A stretch of 12,636 bases of DNA from Candidatus Thorarchaeota archaeon (GCA_048882385.1 JBHLRQ010000085.1:1-12636); one strand, 5' to 3'; numbered from the stretch's first letter, positions 1 through 7,256 are shown. A program made the numbers and translations. Notes: generated by a model not told the origin, from the sequence alone.

Positions 1-803
1 TGTAGTATAGCATAGATTGCAGATGAAACATTGTCTTCATGATACTTTACAGTGATCCTCACATCGTCATAATATCCTGTTGTGAAAGGATGTTCTACTT
101 CGTCGATACGCCCTCCAGCATGATCTGAAGTAGTATCGTATCCCATAAGATTCGAAAGGTCGATAGCAATTTTCCTCTGAATATTGATTGGAACTGTTCT
201 TTTCAGGAAAGAAGTGTCCAAATCCTTGGAAGCATCTGCACATTTCTTTGTAAGAGGAACTAGATGGTCTCTTAATTCACTAAACACTTTTGTGACTTGG
301 TCTGATGTGAGGCCTCTCTCATACTCGTCAAGCATACTATCATAGAGAATTGGGATACCTTTCACCTTAGCTTCTATCTCGGAACGCTCACGACTGAGAT
401 CGACCATCTTTTGAAGTTCTGGCTTGAACATTTTCCAATCATTTGCAGCCTTAGCCTTCTTCCAAGTTTCAACAGTTATAGCCTGTTGCTTAGCCATCTT
501 AGCAACAAGTTCTTCGGGTACTTTGGTTTCTTTATCATATTCACGTCGAACAATGAATGCATTGCGATTCTGAACCTCCGTCAAATCTTTTGATGCATTC
601 TCAATCTTCTGAAGGAGATTCTCAATCTCAGGATCGGTTGCCATCCTATGTAGCATTTTAGAGAGTTGGGATAGCTGCTCGCTACGGAGCGAAATACCTC
701 TTGGAGGCATGTATGTTTCAAGGTCCCACTGTACAATTCCAGTTGCGGTATATAATAAAAAGAAATCCTTCATTCTCTGCATTAGTGAGTCATATGCTTC
801 CAT
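1..803 (-). CDS. Carboxypeptidase M32 (Taq/Pfu-type thermostable metallocarboxypeptidase), 3' part runs off the window edge
   Basis: Not in the ORF track because it has no stop in the window. Manual translation from ATG 803 gives MEAYDSLMQRMKDFFLLYTATGIVQWDLETYMPPRG...; the same frame at 119-1 gives AGGRIDEVEHPFTTGYYDDVRITVKYHEDNVSSAIYAILH. WDxxTxMP, HPF and DVRIT are M32 motifs, and the window cuts at the start of HEXXH. Confidence 0.95.
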   Translation of the reverse strand, partial: MEAYDSLMQRMKDFFLLYTATGIVQWDLETYMPPRGISLRSEQLSQLSKMLHRMATDPEIENLLQKIENASKDLTEVQNRNAFIVRREYDKETKVPEELVAKMAKQQAITVETWKKAKAANDWKMFKPELQKMVDLSRERSEIEAKVKGIPILYDSMLDEYERGLTSDQVTKVFSELRDHLVPLTKKCADASKDLDTSFLKRTVPINIQRKIAIDLSNLMGYDTTSDHAGGRIDEVEHPFTTGYYDDVRITVKYHEDNVSSAIYAIL

Positions 804-827
804 TTTGGTCACACTCTGTTCACGTTC

Positions 828-1784
828 TTACACTGTTATTTTTGTTGTGTCATGGTCGGATTGATTATTTCGAACTGGATAATTGATGAGTAATATTCCA
901 CATATAACAAGAAGCAGACCAACAGTGAATGTCCAATACATCACATCATTTAGTAGTAAAACTGAGAAGATGGTTCCGAAGACTGGCACTAAGTTGATGA
1001 ACCCTCCTGCTCTTGTTGCTCCTAATTCTTTGATTCCAATGAAGTAAAAGAGGAATCCAATGAATGTCACAAAAGCTCCAAGATATATTACATTGACCCA
1101 GAAAACCCAGTCTGCTAAAGCTGGTAAGGACCACACTTCTTCGGTGACTGCGCCCATACCAAAGAGAAAAGCTCCTATTAGTGCACCACCCGCATTGATT
1201 TCCAGCGGTGTTAGAGTCTTCATGCCTTCTTTTCCAATAGATGAATAGAGTCCCCACGTAAACATAGCAACAATGATGATGATATTACCAATGAGGTATT
1301 CCAGATGAAAATCAAGCAGGGCTTGTACTCCAACAACAAAGACGACTCCTAAGAATGCTAGTAGAAATCCTATGTATTGCCACCGACGTGGAAGTCTTTC
1401 CTTGTGAATAATGTGCGCTACTATGCTGACAGTTGCTGGATTAAAACCTGCTATAATCGCTCCCTGTGCTGCTGTTGTGAACCTCATCCCAGTAAGGAAT
1501 AACACACCATACCCAAAGACACCAGTTAATCCCAGCATAAAGAGAATTCGAAAATTCGACCGCTGGAATATTCTCTTGGGTTCATCGCTTGTTGCGAAGA
1601 GGAGGATTAGAAACAAGATACCTCCAATCAAAAAACGGAAGAATCCAATTGTCATAGCAGGTGCTACACTAACGGTGATCTTAGCCGATGGCCAACTCCC
1701 ACCCCAGAATGCCATTGCAATGACAAGCATGACGTAATATCTAACTGGATTCTTTGCCTCTTCGTCTGTCACTAATGCTCCCAA
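828..1784 (-). CDS. EamA/DMT (drug/metabolite transporter) family permease, ~10 TM
   Basis: FWGGSWPSAK, FFRF, two EamA repeats, GIKELGATRAGGFINLVPVFG. Start is TTG 1784 or GTG 1772. Ends 24 nt before the M32 start, so probably co-transcribed. Confidence 0.93.
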   Translation of the reverse strand: MGALVTDEEAKNPVRYYVMLVIAMAFWGGSWPSAKITVSVAPAMTIGFFRFLIGGILFLILLFATSDEPKRIFQRSNFRILFMLGLTGVFGYGVLFLTGMRFTTAAQGAIIAGFNPATVSIVAHIIHKERLPRRWQYIGFLLAFLGVVFVVGVQALLDFHLEYLIGNIIIIVAMFTWGLYSSIGKEGMKTLTPLEINAGGALIGAFLFGMGAVTEEVWSLPALADWVFWVNVIYLGAFVTFIGFLFYFIGIKELGATRAGGFINLVPVFGTIFSVLLLNDVMYWTFTVGLLLVICGILLINYPVRNNQSDHDTTKITV

Positions 1785-1804
1785 TTGAGTCTTATTGCTC
1801 CTAG

Positions 1805-1840
1805 TTATAAACCGAACCGACTCGGTAAATTACCTACCGA
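1805..1840. promoter_or_regulatory. Divergent promoter region (eamA/thioredoxin) with TATA box and overlapping palindromes
   Basis: TTATAAA 1805-1811 reads TTTATAA on the minus strand, 21-27 nt upstream of the eamA TTG. Palindromes ACCGA-C-TCGGT (1816-1826) and GGTAA-A-TTACC (1824-1834). Confidence 0.5.
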
Positions 1841-1893
1841 ATTATTCATAAGCGGTTGTGCAACAAAAGCGCACAATCGCACAGGGTGTTCAC

Positions 1894-2349
1894 ATGCTGA
1901 ATGATGATGAACTTGAAGAGATACGCAGACGAAAAATGCAAATTCTCATGGAAAGAGCCAAGCAAGCTGAGCAACCTAAAGCTCTCGAACCAATGGCAAA
2001 CGGTATTGTGAACGAGCTCTATGATTCAACATTTTGGCAGATAATCTCCAAGACGAAATTTGCGATAGTTGATTTCTACGGAGCATGGTGTAGCCCATGT
2101 AAAGCGTTGGCGCCTATTTTCCGAGAGTTGGCCAAAGACTATGCAGATAAGGTCTACTTTGCTAGGATTGATATTGACAGGAATCGAAGAGTAACTACTC
2201 AGTTTGGAGTGCAGTCGGTTCCAATGGTCATCGCATTCAAGGATGGAAAACCAATTGGAAAACTCCCTGGACTACGTTCCTATAATGACTATGACATGAT
2301 TCTTGAACAGCTGACTGGTGGAGGACCAGACAACAGCAGCTACATCTAG
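1894..2349 (+). CDS. trxA: Thioredoxin with N-terminal helical extension
   Basis: VDFYGAWCSPCK active site and cis-Pro motif VQSVP. ATG 1894 (MLNDDELEEIRRRK) preferred over GTG 1858. Confidence 0.92.
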   Translation: MLNDDELEEIRRRKMQILMERAKQAEQPKALEPMANGIVNELYDSTFWQIISKTKFAIVDFYGAWCSPCKALAPIFRELAKDYADKVYFARIDIDRNRRVTTQFGVQSVPMVIAFKDGKPIGKLPGLRSYNDYDMILEQLTGGGPDNSSYI

Positions 2350-2412
2350 AAGTAGATTCATTAATCGAAGCTTGCAGTATTGTCTGAGGGATGATAACTG
2401 CATTCAAAGAAT

Positions 2413-3621
2413 GTGATGATAGTCTTTGTAGTATTTGTCCTTTTATCATCTAGTTCTATTTCCCTTCATCCAGGTAATTTCGAGCTAGACTACACAAAGA
2501 CATTTAATGATTCAGCAGGCTCAATGATAATATTGTCTGATTCTGATTTTGAAGCATATGGATGGAGTGGGAACGGTTCTGCCGAAAATCCCTATATATT
2601 GAATCAAGAGGAGTTTGAGGATGAGAATTTCATTCGCATTAGAAACACTAGAAGCCATTTCAGAATCGTGAATTGTACCTTCAATGTAGAATACTATGCA
2701 GTCGAGATTTACAATGTAACAAACGGTGAGATTATCAATAATACTATTATTCCCCAATTTGCTGGAATCGATCTAAGCAGTTGCGATTCGATATTAATAC
2801 TAGAGAATACTATTCGTGGTGGTTATGAAAGTCTCTTCATTACCGAAAGTAACAACACCTTTGTGCTTAACAATACATTTGCTTGTATACAACTAGCTGT
2901 TTGGTTGTATAGATCCAAAAATACTACAGTGGTTGGAAATGAGCTGGCTACTGTTGAACAAGGTTATACAGCTGTTGATGAGTTCGGTGTGAATAACCAT
3001 TGGGACGATGGACTTTCACTAGGAAACGCATGGTATCATTATAATGGAACAGGAGCCTACAATATTCCAGGGTCGACTAACAGTACTGACCACTTTCCCA
3101 CAGTATACTGTCCTCCTTTCCCAATTGACTTTGAAGGTCCTGTCATTAGAGCACCCGGTGGGAGTCTCTATGTGGATTACATGTATGAATTTCCGTCGCA
3201 TTGGCGATTTGAAGCTAGAGTTAGCGATCCTTCTGGAGTGGAAATGGTCACGATTACTGTAAATGATGCTATTTATGAAATGACCCACCAGCCAACCTCA
3301 GATGATCCAGACCTCTATGTCTATGATTACCCTAATCCAAGATATATGAGATATAGCTTCTGGGCAGTAGACTCATTGGGCTATGAAACTGAAGCACCAG
3401 GTGGATTCATCTCAATAGGTGTCTTTGGCGGATTAAGTCAACTTCCGACACTAACAACTATCCTTCTTCAGATTACCGCTATTTTAGCAATCATCAGTCT
3501 TGTAGTATGGTGGAAACGAGATGCCATTCGACACTCGAGATTCATAAGTGGTGCGACCCGGAATAGGTACCATCTATATTATCCAACACGAGTACCGCTA
3601 CGGTCGGACGGATTGCACTGA
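2413..3621 (+). CDS. Membrane-anchored surface protein: NosD/CASH right-handed beta-helix + Ig-like domain + C-terminal TM
   Basis: Hydrophobic N-terminus, GNGSAENPYI motif, I.NN.I beta-helix repeats, WDDG...GNAW..Y.G.G.Y.IPG....D.FP cap, ARVSDPSGV...FWAVDSLG Ig-like segment, TM followed by KR, about 10 NxS/T sequons. Confidence 0.85.
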   Translation: MMIVFVVFVLLSSSSISLHPGNFELDYTKTFNDSAGSMIILSDSDFEAYGWSGNGSAENPYILNQEEFEDENFIRIRNTRSHFRIVNCTFNVEYYAVEIYNVTNGEIINNTIIPQFAGIDLSSCDSILILENTIRGGYESLFITESNNTFVLNNTFACIQLAVWLYRSKNTTVVGNELATVEQGYTAVDEFGVNNHWDDGLSLGNAWYHYNGTGAYNIPGSTNSTDHFPTVYCPPFPIDFEGPVIRAPGGSLYVDYMYEFPSHWRFEARVSDPSGVEMVTITVNDAIYEMTHQPTSDDPDLYVYDYPNPRYMRYSFWAVDSLGYETEAPGGFISIGVFGGLSQLPTLTTILLQITAILAIISLVVWWKRDAIRHSRFISGATRNRYHLYYPTRVPLRSDGLH

Positions 3622-3691
3622 ATTACGAGAAAAGCTAAGTGGATTGTGAGCTTCAATGCGTTATGATTCCTATGCACCTAATTCCGGGTCG
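3549..3691 (-). ncRNA. Candidate structured ncRNA or MITE-like element (~140 nt, three-way junction, 3' CACCA)
   Basis: Outer inverted repeat 3554-3570/3674-3691 (17 pairs, one bulge). Inner helices 3615-3622/3652-3659, 3581-3585/3609-3613 and 3594-3597/3601-3604. Mismatches are G-U on the minus strand. Confidence 0.45.
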
Positions 3692-3813
3692 GGGCTAGAT
3701 AACCTAACCACGCATAATATGAGGTTCATAAAATGAATATAAGGTGTAGTTTCAAAGCCGCTATATCCTAAGGATTTATTTACTCCTTTTATAAGGCACC
3801 TCCAATTTTTGAA

Positions 3814-3873
3814 GAAAATGGAGTCCGCCAGTCTGTTTTCAGGTTCTCCAAACATTGACTGGCAGACATTTTC
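3814..3873 (-). terminator. Long hairpin immediately 3' of the minus-strand beta-helix gene (terminator/3'-UTR stem-loop)
   Basis: Minus strand: GAAAAT-GTCTGCCAGTC-aa-TGTTT...AAACA-GACTGGCGGAC-tcc-ATTTTC, starting 8 nt after the stop codon at 3882. Confidence 0.55.
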
Positions 3874-3881
3874 GAATACAA

Positions 3882-5159
3882 CTATGCAACTCTTTTTCGA
3901 ACTATTACAAACACAACGACAACTACGATTCCTAAGGCTGCAATTCCAACTACCAGTGGATCAAAACCTAGCGGGATATCATTTTCATTAGTTGTTGTTG
4001 ATGGCATCGATGGAACAATACCCATCTCAGCAAGAGGGAAAAGATCCTCATTTTCAGCACTACCATCTATGACATATGGAATATCGACGAATCCATTGGA
4101 ATCCTCATCGGGACTATTCCAATCACTATAGTAGTTGCAGTATATTCGTGATCCTATACTATCATCACAGATCTGACAATCTACTCCATTATCCAATAAG
4201 CTGTTGAATTTCACTTCAAAGTATTCGACTCCTGAGTCCAAATGTATTCCATATCCTAGATTATTCTGAATAGTATTCCACTCGATTGTGCTGTTCTCGC
4301 CAGAATTAATACTGAATCCTAGTTCTAGGCAATTGCTAATTGTATTGTTGTAGACTTGAGTGAAATCAGTATATTTCAAGAAGATGCCATCTTCACACTG
4401 ATTGATTATGTTGCTGAATATTTCATCCGAGGTACTTCCAAAGATTTGGATACCGAAATCAACAGTGTTGCTTATTGTGTTGAAAGATACTATCGAACTA
4501 TGAAGCATGGTCAATGATATACCTGAACCACCGCAATCCCTAATTGTATTGCCAGAAAATGTGCAGTTTATTGCCCCACTCGCTACATTTATCCCTCCTG
4601 TACCGCATTCATAGAATGTATTTCCTGAAATATTACAATCCCTCATCATGGATGTTCCATCAAAACCAAATCCACTATTACTATAGACGATGTTGTTTGT
4701 CACATTAACATTCGTTATATCAATAAGAGCCAACCCAGAGTGTCTGTTCCTGAAGATGTTATTGTGAATGACCCCATTCTCAGCTTCTTGAATCCATGTA
4801 CCGCACTGAACACCACCACCATCGCCATCAACTAGATTACCTGTGAAAATCCAATGTAGATCTGTGTTCCAAATACGCAGTGGTTGAGTATCCTGAATGA
4901 ATGAAAAACCAGAGATCACAAAAGGTGCCTCTGTGGATCCGTTTCCTGGCCATGATTCTAATTCTGCTTGGTCTATCATCTCCTGATTACTAGTAATCCA
5001 TATCGCGTCATGAGGTGTGTATGCAAGTTCAAATTCATTTTCCATTCTGAGAAATGATTCATCAATTACTGGAATGTTTGAACTTACAAACACCAGACTT
5101 GCAGCGAGTATGCATAAACTAAGAGCTGAAAGGAATTTCAATGACATGCGACGCTTCAT
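3882..5159 (-). CDS. Membrane-anchored NosD/CASH right-handed parallel beta-helix protein
   Basis: Signal peptide MKRRMSLKFLSALSL..., GNGSTEAPFVI, many GI.I......I..N.I repeats, NYYSDW...DEDSNGFVDIPY.IDG....D.FPL cap, S/T linker, C-terminal TM plus RKR. AGGAG SD upstream. Confidence 0.9.
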   Translation of the reverse strand: MKRRMSLKFLSALSLCILAASLVFVSSNIPVIDESFLRMENEFELAYTPHDAIWITSNQEMIDQAELESWPGNGSTEAPFVISGFSFIQDTQPLRIWNTDLHWIFTGNLVDGDGGGVQCGTWIQEAENGVIHNNIFRNRHSGLALIDITNVNVTNNIVYSNSGFGFDGTSMMRDCNISGNTFYECGTGGINVASGAINCTFSGNTIRDCGGSGISLTMLHSSIVSFNTISNTVDFGIQIFGSTSDEIFSNIINQCEDGIFLKYTDFTQVYNNTISNCLELGFSINSGENSTIEWNTIQNNLGYGIHLDSGVEYFEVKFNSLLDNGVDCQICDDSIGSRIYCNYYSDWNSPDEDSNGFVDIPYVIDGSAENEDLFPLAEMGIVPSMPSTTTNENDIPLGFDPLVVGIAALGIVVVVVFVIVRKRVA

Positions 5160-5276
5160 TCTCTCCTGTCTCCTGAATAAGATGTTTTCAGGAAATTTAG
5201 TCTCTACAGATTGAATAAAAGGGAGAATATCAGCGCAGCGCTAACAGAAAGCCATTAAAAGAGAAATCGAAGATTT

Positions 5277-6140
5277 TCAATCCATACATGCATGAGAGGT
5301 AAGGTTGTCAATTTCACCTGATATGACAGCAAGGGGCATTGCTTTTGCATTAAGTGCGTAACCGTAGTTCCCAAATCTATCTGCAACGATGATGCCAGCT
5401 TCACTCCCAGTTTTTTCTTCAAACATCTGTATTCCTTTACGCGCTGCTGCCATTGCATCAAGTCCTTCTTCAACATACAATACGGTCATTCGACTCAACA
5501 CAACTCTCATGATATGTTCTCCCCATCCCGTGGCAGAAGCCCCACAGTTTTCATTAGCATACGCTCCAGCCCCCATTACCGGACTATCCCCCACTCGACC
5601 TGGGAGTTTTTTAGAGATTCCGCCTGTGGAAGAAGTGGCAGCAATCCTCCCCTCTGAATCCACTGCAATACACCCTACGGTATCTCCAGAATGTCCGTTT
5701 CGAGCTGGTTTCAAATCGCCTTCTTTCATTTCGTATCTATAACTGTCTTTTATCATCATGTCGTATATTCGCTTTGCATTATTTCCTGCAAAGAACTTGA
5801 AGTCAGTCTTCTCCATGATATATCGTGCTAGAGAAACGGGATTTACGATTCCTGTGATTGCAGCAACTGCTCCAAAGTCAATTTTACTTCCGTCGATTAT
5901 CAATGCATCAAGCTCTAACACTCCATCTAGATTTGGTCTTGCTCCTCTTCCGGCATTCAACTGGCCGCAACTTTCCATGTATAAAGTGCAGTTTTCAGCC
6001 GCATCAAGTGCAGACCCACCCTTCACCATTTCTTTAAACCCAGCAATAGCTGCCTTTTCGACATGTTCAATCCCTACTGGTATTCTTTCATCCTTCCAGT
6101 CACCAGCACCACCATGGACAATTATCATTGGCAATTGCAT
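5277..6140 (-). CDS. iaaA: Isoaspartyl peptidase / L-asparaginase type 2 (Ntn hydrolase)
   Basis: IIVHGGAG, NAGRG, GD|TVGC autocleavage site with nucleophilic Thr, TSSTGG, GRVGDSP, SATGWGE. Confidence 0.93.
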   Translation of the reverse strand: MQLPMIIVHGGAGDWKDERIPVGIEHVEKAAIAGFKEMVKGGSALDAAENCTLYMESCGQLNAGRGARPNLDGVLELDALIIDGSKIDFGAVAAITGIVNPVSLARYIMEKTDFKFFAGNNAKRIYDMMIKDSYRYEMKEGDLKPARNGHSGDTVGCIAVDSEGRIAATSSTGGISKKLPGRVGDSPVMGAGAYANENCGASATGWGEHIMRVVLSRMTVLYVEEGLDAMAAARKGIQMFEEKTGSEAGIIVADRFGNYGYALNAKAMPLAVISGEIDNLTSHACMD

Positions 6141-6204
6141 TGTAATCAGCTACATCAATTGCTTCCGAAAAAACCTCAAAATAACACTATCTTTTGACGT
6201 ATGA

Positions 6205-6249
6205 AAAAATAAGGAGAGTCCGGATTCTTCCGAATCCGGTTTTACTCTC
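6205..6249 (-). terminator. GNRA-capped hairpin followed by T-run (intrinsic-terminator-like)
   Basis: Minus strand: GAGAGT-aaaa-CCGGATTC-GGAA-GAATCCGG-ACTCTC-cttaTTTTTT, 16 nt downstream of the stop at 6266. Confidence 0.7.
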
Positions 6250-6265
6250 TATATTAGCGGTAGGA

Positions 6266-6655
6266 TTACCTGAACCTACTTTTGATATCGGGCTGTTGTA
6301 GGTAGATGATAATGATCAAGTTAATGATCGCACCGAACCAGCCTTGTGAGAATATGTTCAAAATTAGGTTGATGATATTCAGTATCAGCGCTAGCATCCA
6401 AGCCCATGATTTCAGAGCCCAGAGACCCCAGCCAATGACTAGAGCAAGGAGTGCCAGAATAGCCATTATAGCGCCAACCATGAGCCAGATAATTCCAAAG
6501 AATGGATCGAGAGCACCAAGTGCGAACAATCCTACGGCGACTAATAGGTTTAACAAACCGCCAAGTATCTCTAGAATAGCCAGAATGGTAACGCCCAGTG
6601 GCCTATCGCCTGCTGGAGCTGAATATCCAGTAGTTGGTGTTGGTATTTCCGCCAT
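6266..6655 (-). CDS. Small 4-TM membrane protein (RPLGVTILAIL-type hypothetical family)
   Basis: RPLGVTILAIL, GWGLWALKSWAW, IIIYLQQPDIKSRF. GGAGG SD upstream. Confidence 0.85.
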   Translation of the reverse strand: MAEIPTPTTGYSAPAGDRPLGVTILAILEILGGLLNLLVAVGLFALGALDPFFGIIWLMVGAIMAILALLALVIGWGLWALKSWAWMLALILNIINLILNIFSQGWFGAIINLIIIIYLQQPDIKSRFR

Positions 6656-6758
6656 CTCGTTTTCCCTCCGAATGAGAGAGTTACAGTCAGCTCTAATTTA
6701 GTTGTTAATATATATTCGTGCTATAAAGGTCTAGAACCGCGAATCGGCTTTTGTCGAT

Positions 6759-7253
6759 TCAGTATTGGAAATAATCGGATTGAGATGTACCAGTTTGATG
6801 TCCAAGATCCTTACGAACCGATCCCATGTTTAGAAGTACAAGTAATGCAACATTCATTGCGAAATAGCCTATAACCTCAGGATAAGGAATCAATAGCCCT
6901 TCAAATGCTGAAATCACGATGTCGATTCCGAACAGCAACATGGCAATCATATCAATAATCAGAGCTTTTCCAACTGTACCTGATTTCTTTTTGTAGAGAC
7001 GATATCCAAAATACAGTTGCATAATTCCAATGATTGGTAGAATTCCCCAGACTATCGTATAGATCTGTGTTGAAAGATCAACAATGTATGAAGCAAAAAG
7101 CAGTATTGTGATAAAACCTGGCACTGCATAATACAGAGCAACCAATCCTGCAATAATCTGCAAGACCACAGTGAATAAGGTCATCGTTTCGAAATTCATG
7201 AGCGGTGATGCATATTGAGGCTGTGGTTCATATGGTTCATCTTCGATTGCCAT
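6759..7253 (-). CDS. Hypothetical 4-TM membrane protein, divergent paralogue of its neighbours
   Basis: Four hydrophobic segments, GIMQLYFGYRL, NVALLVLLNMGSVRKDL. 3-nt gap to the upstream gene. Confidence 0.8.
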   Translation of the reverse strand: MAIEDEPYEPQPQYASPLMNFETMTLFTVVLQIIAGLVALYYAVPGFITILLFASYIVDLSTQIYTIVWGILPIIGIMQLYFGYRLYKKKSGTVGKALIIDMIAMLLFGIDIVISAFEGLLIPYPEVIGYFAMNVALLVLLNMGSVRKDLGHQTGTSQSDYFQY

Positions 7254-7256
7254 TAC

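Noticed and set aside
828-1784. EamA as the MttP-like methylamine permease for the MttB
   Set aside because: It lies 6 kb away, is linked to the peptidase gene, and shows no specific sequence evidence.
3554-3691. 5S rRNA, SRP RNA, RNase P RNA or tmRNA
   Set aside because: The three-way topology is 5S-like, but the conserved CCGAAC/GUUAAG motifs are absent. No SRP helix-8 or RNase P GAGGAAAGUCC motif, and no T-loop.
3546-3699. Target-site duplication flanking the inverted-repeat element
   Set aside because: The flanks AAGTGGTG and GGGCTAGA share no direct repeat, so it is not called a mobile element outright.
3551-3780. Group II intron (plus-strand GTGCG start, AGCCG at ~3756)
   Set aside because: No domain V/VI hairpin or RT ORF, the region is too short, and the wobble pairs favour the opposite strand.
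3742-3804. Canonical tRNA gene
   Set aside because: Only a 5-bp closing stem, no TTCRA T-loop and no 7-nt anticodon loop.
3670-3855. 61-aa minus-strand ORF in the structured intergenic zone
   Set aside because: No SD, no recognisable motif, and its start is buried in a hairpin. Probably spurious.
3549-3873. SECIS element or selenoprotein associated with the hairpins
   Set aside because: No gene in the window has a plausible in-frame UGA-Sec, and the stems lack an AUGA/GA quartet or GAA/A motif in the right geometry.
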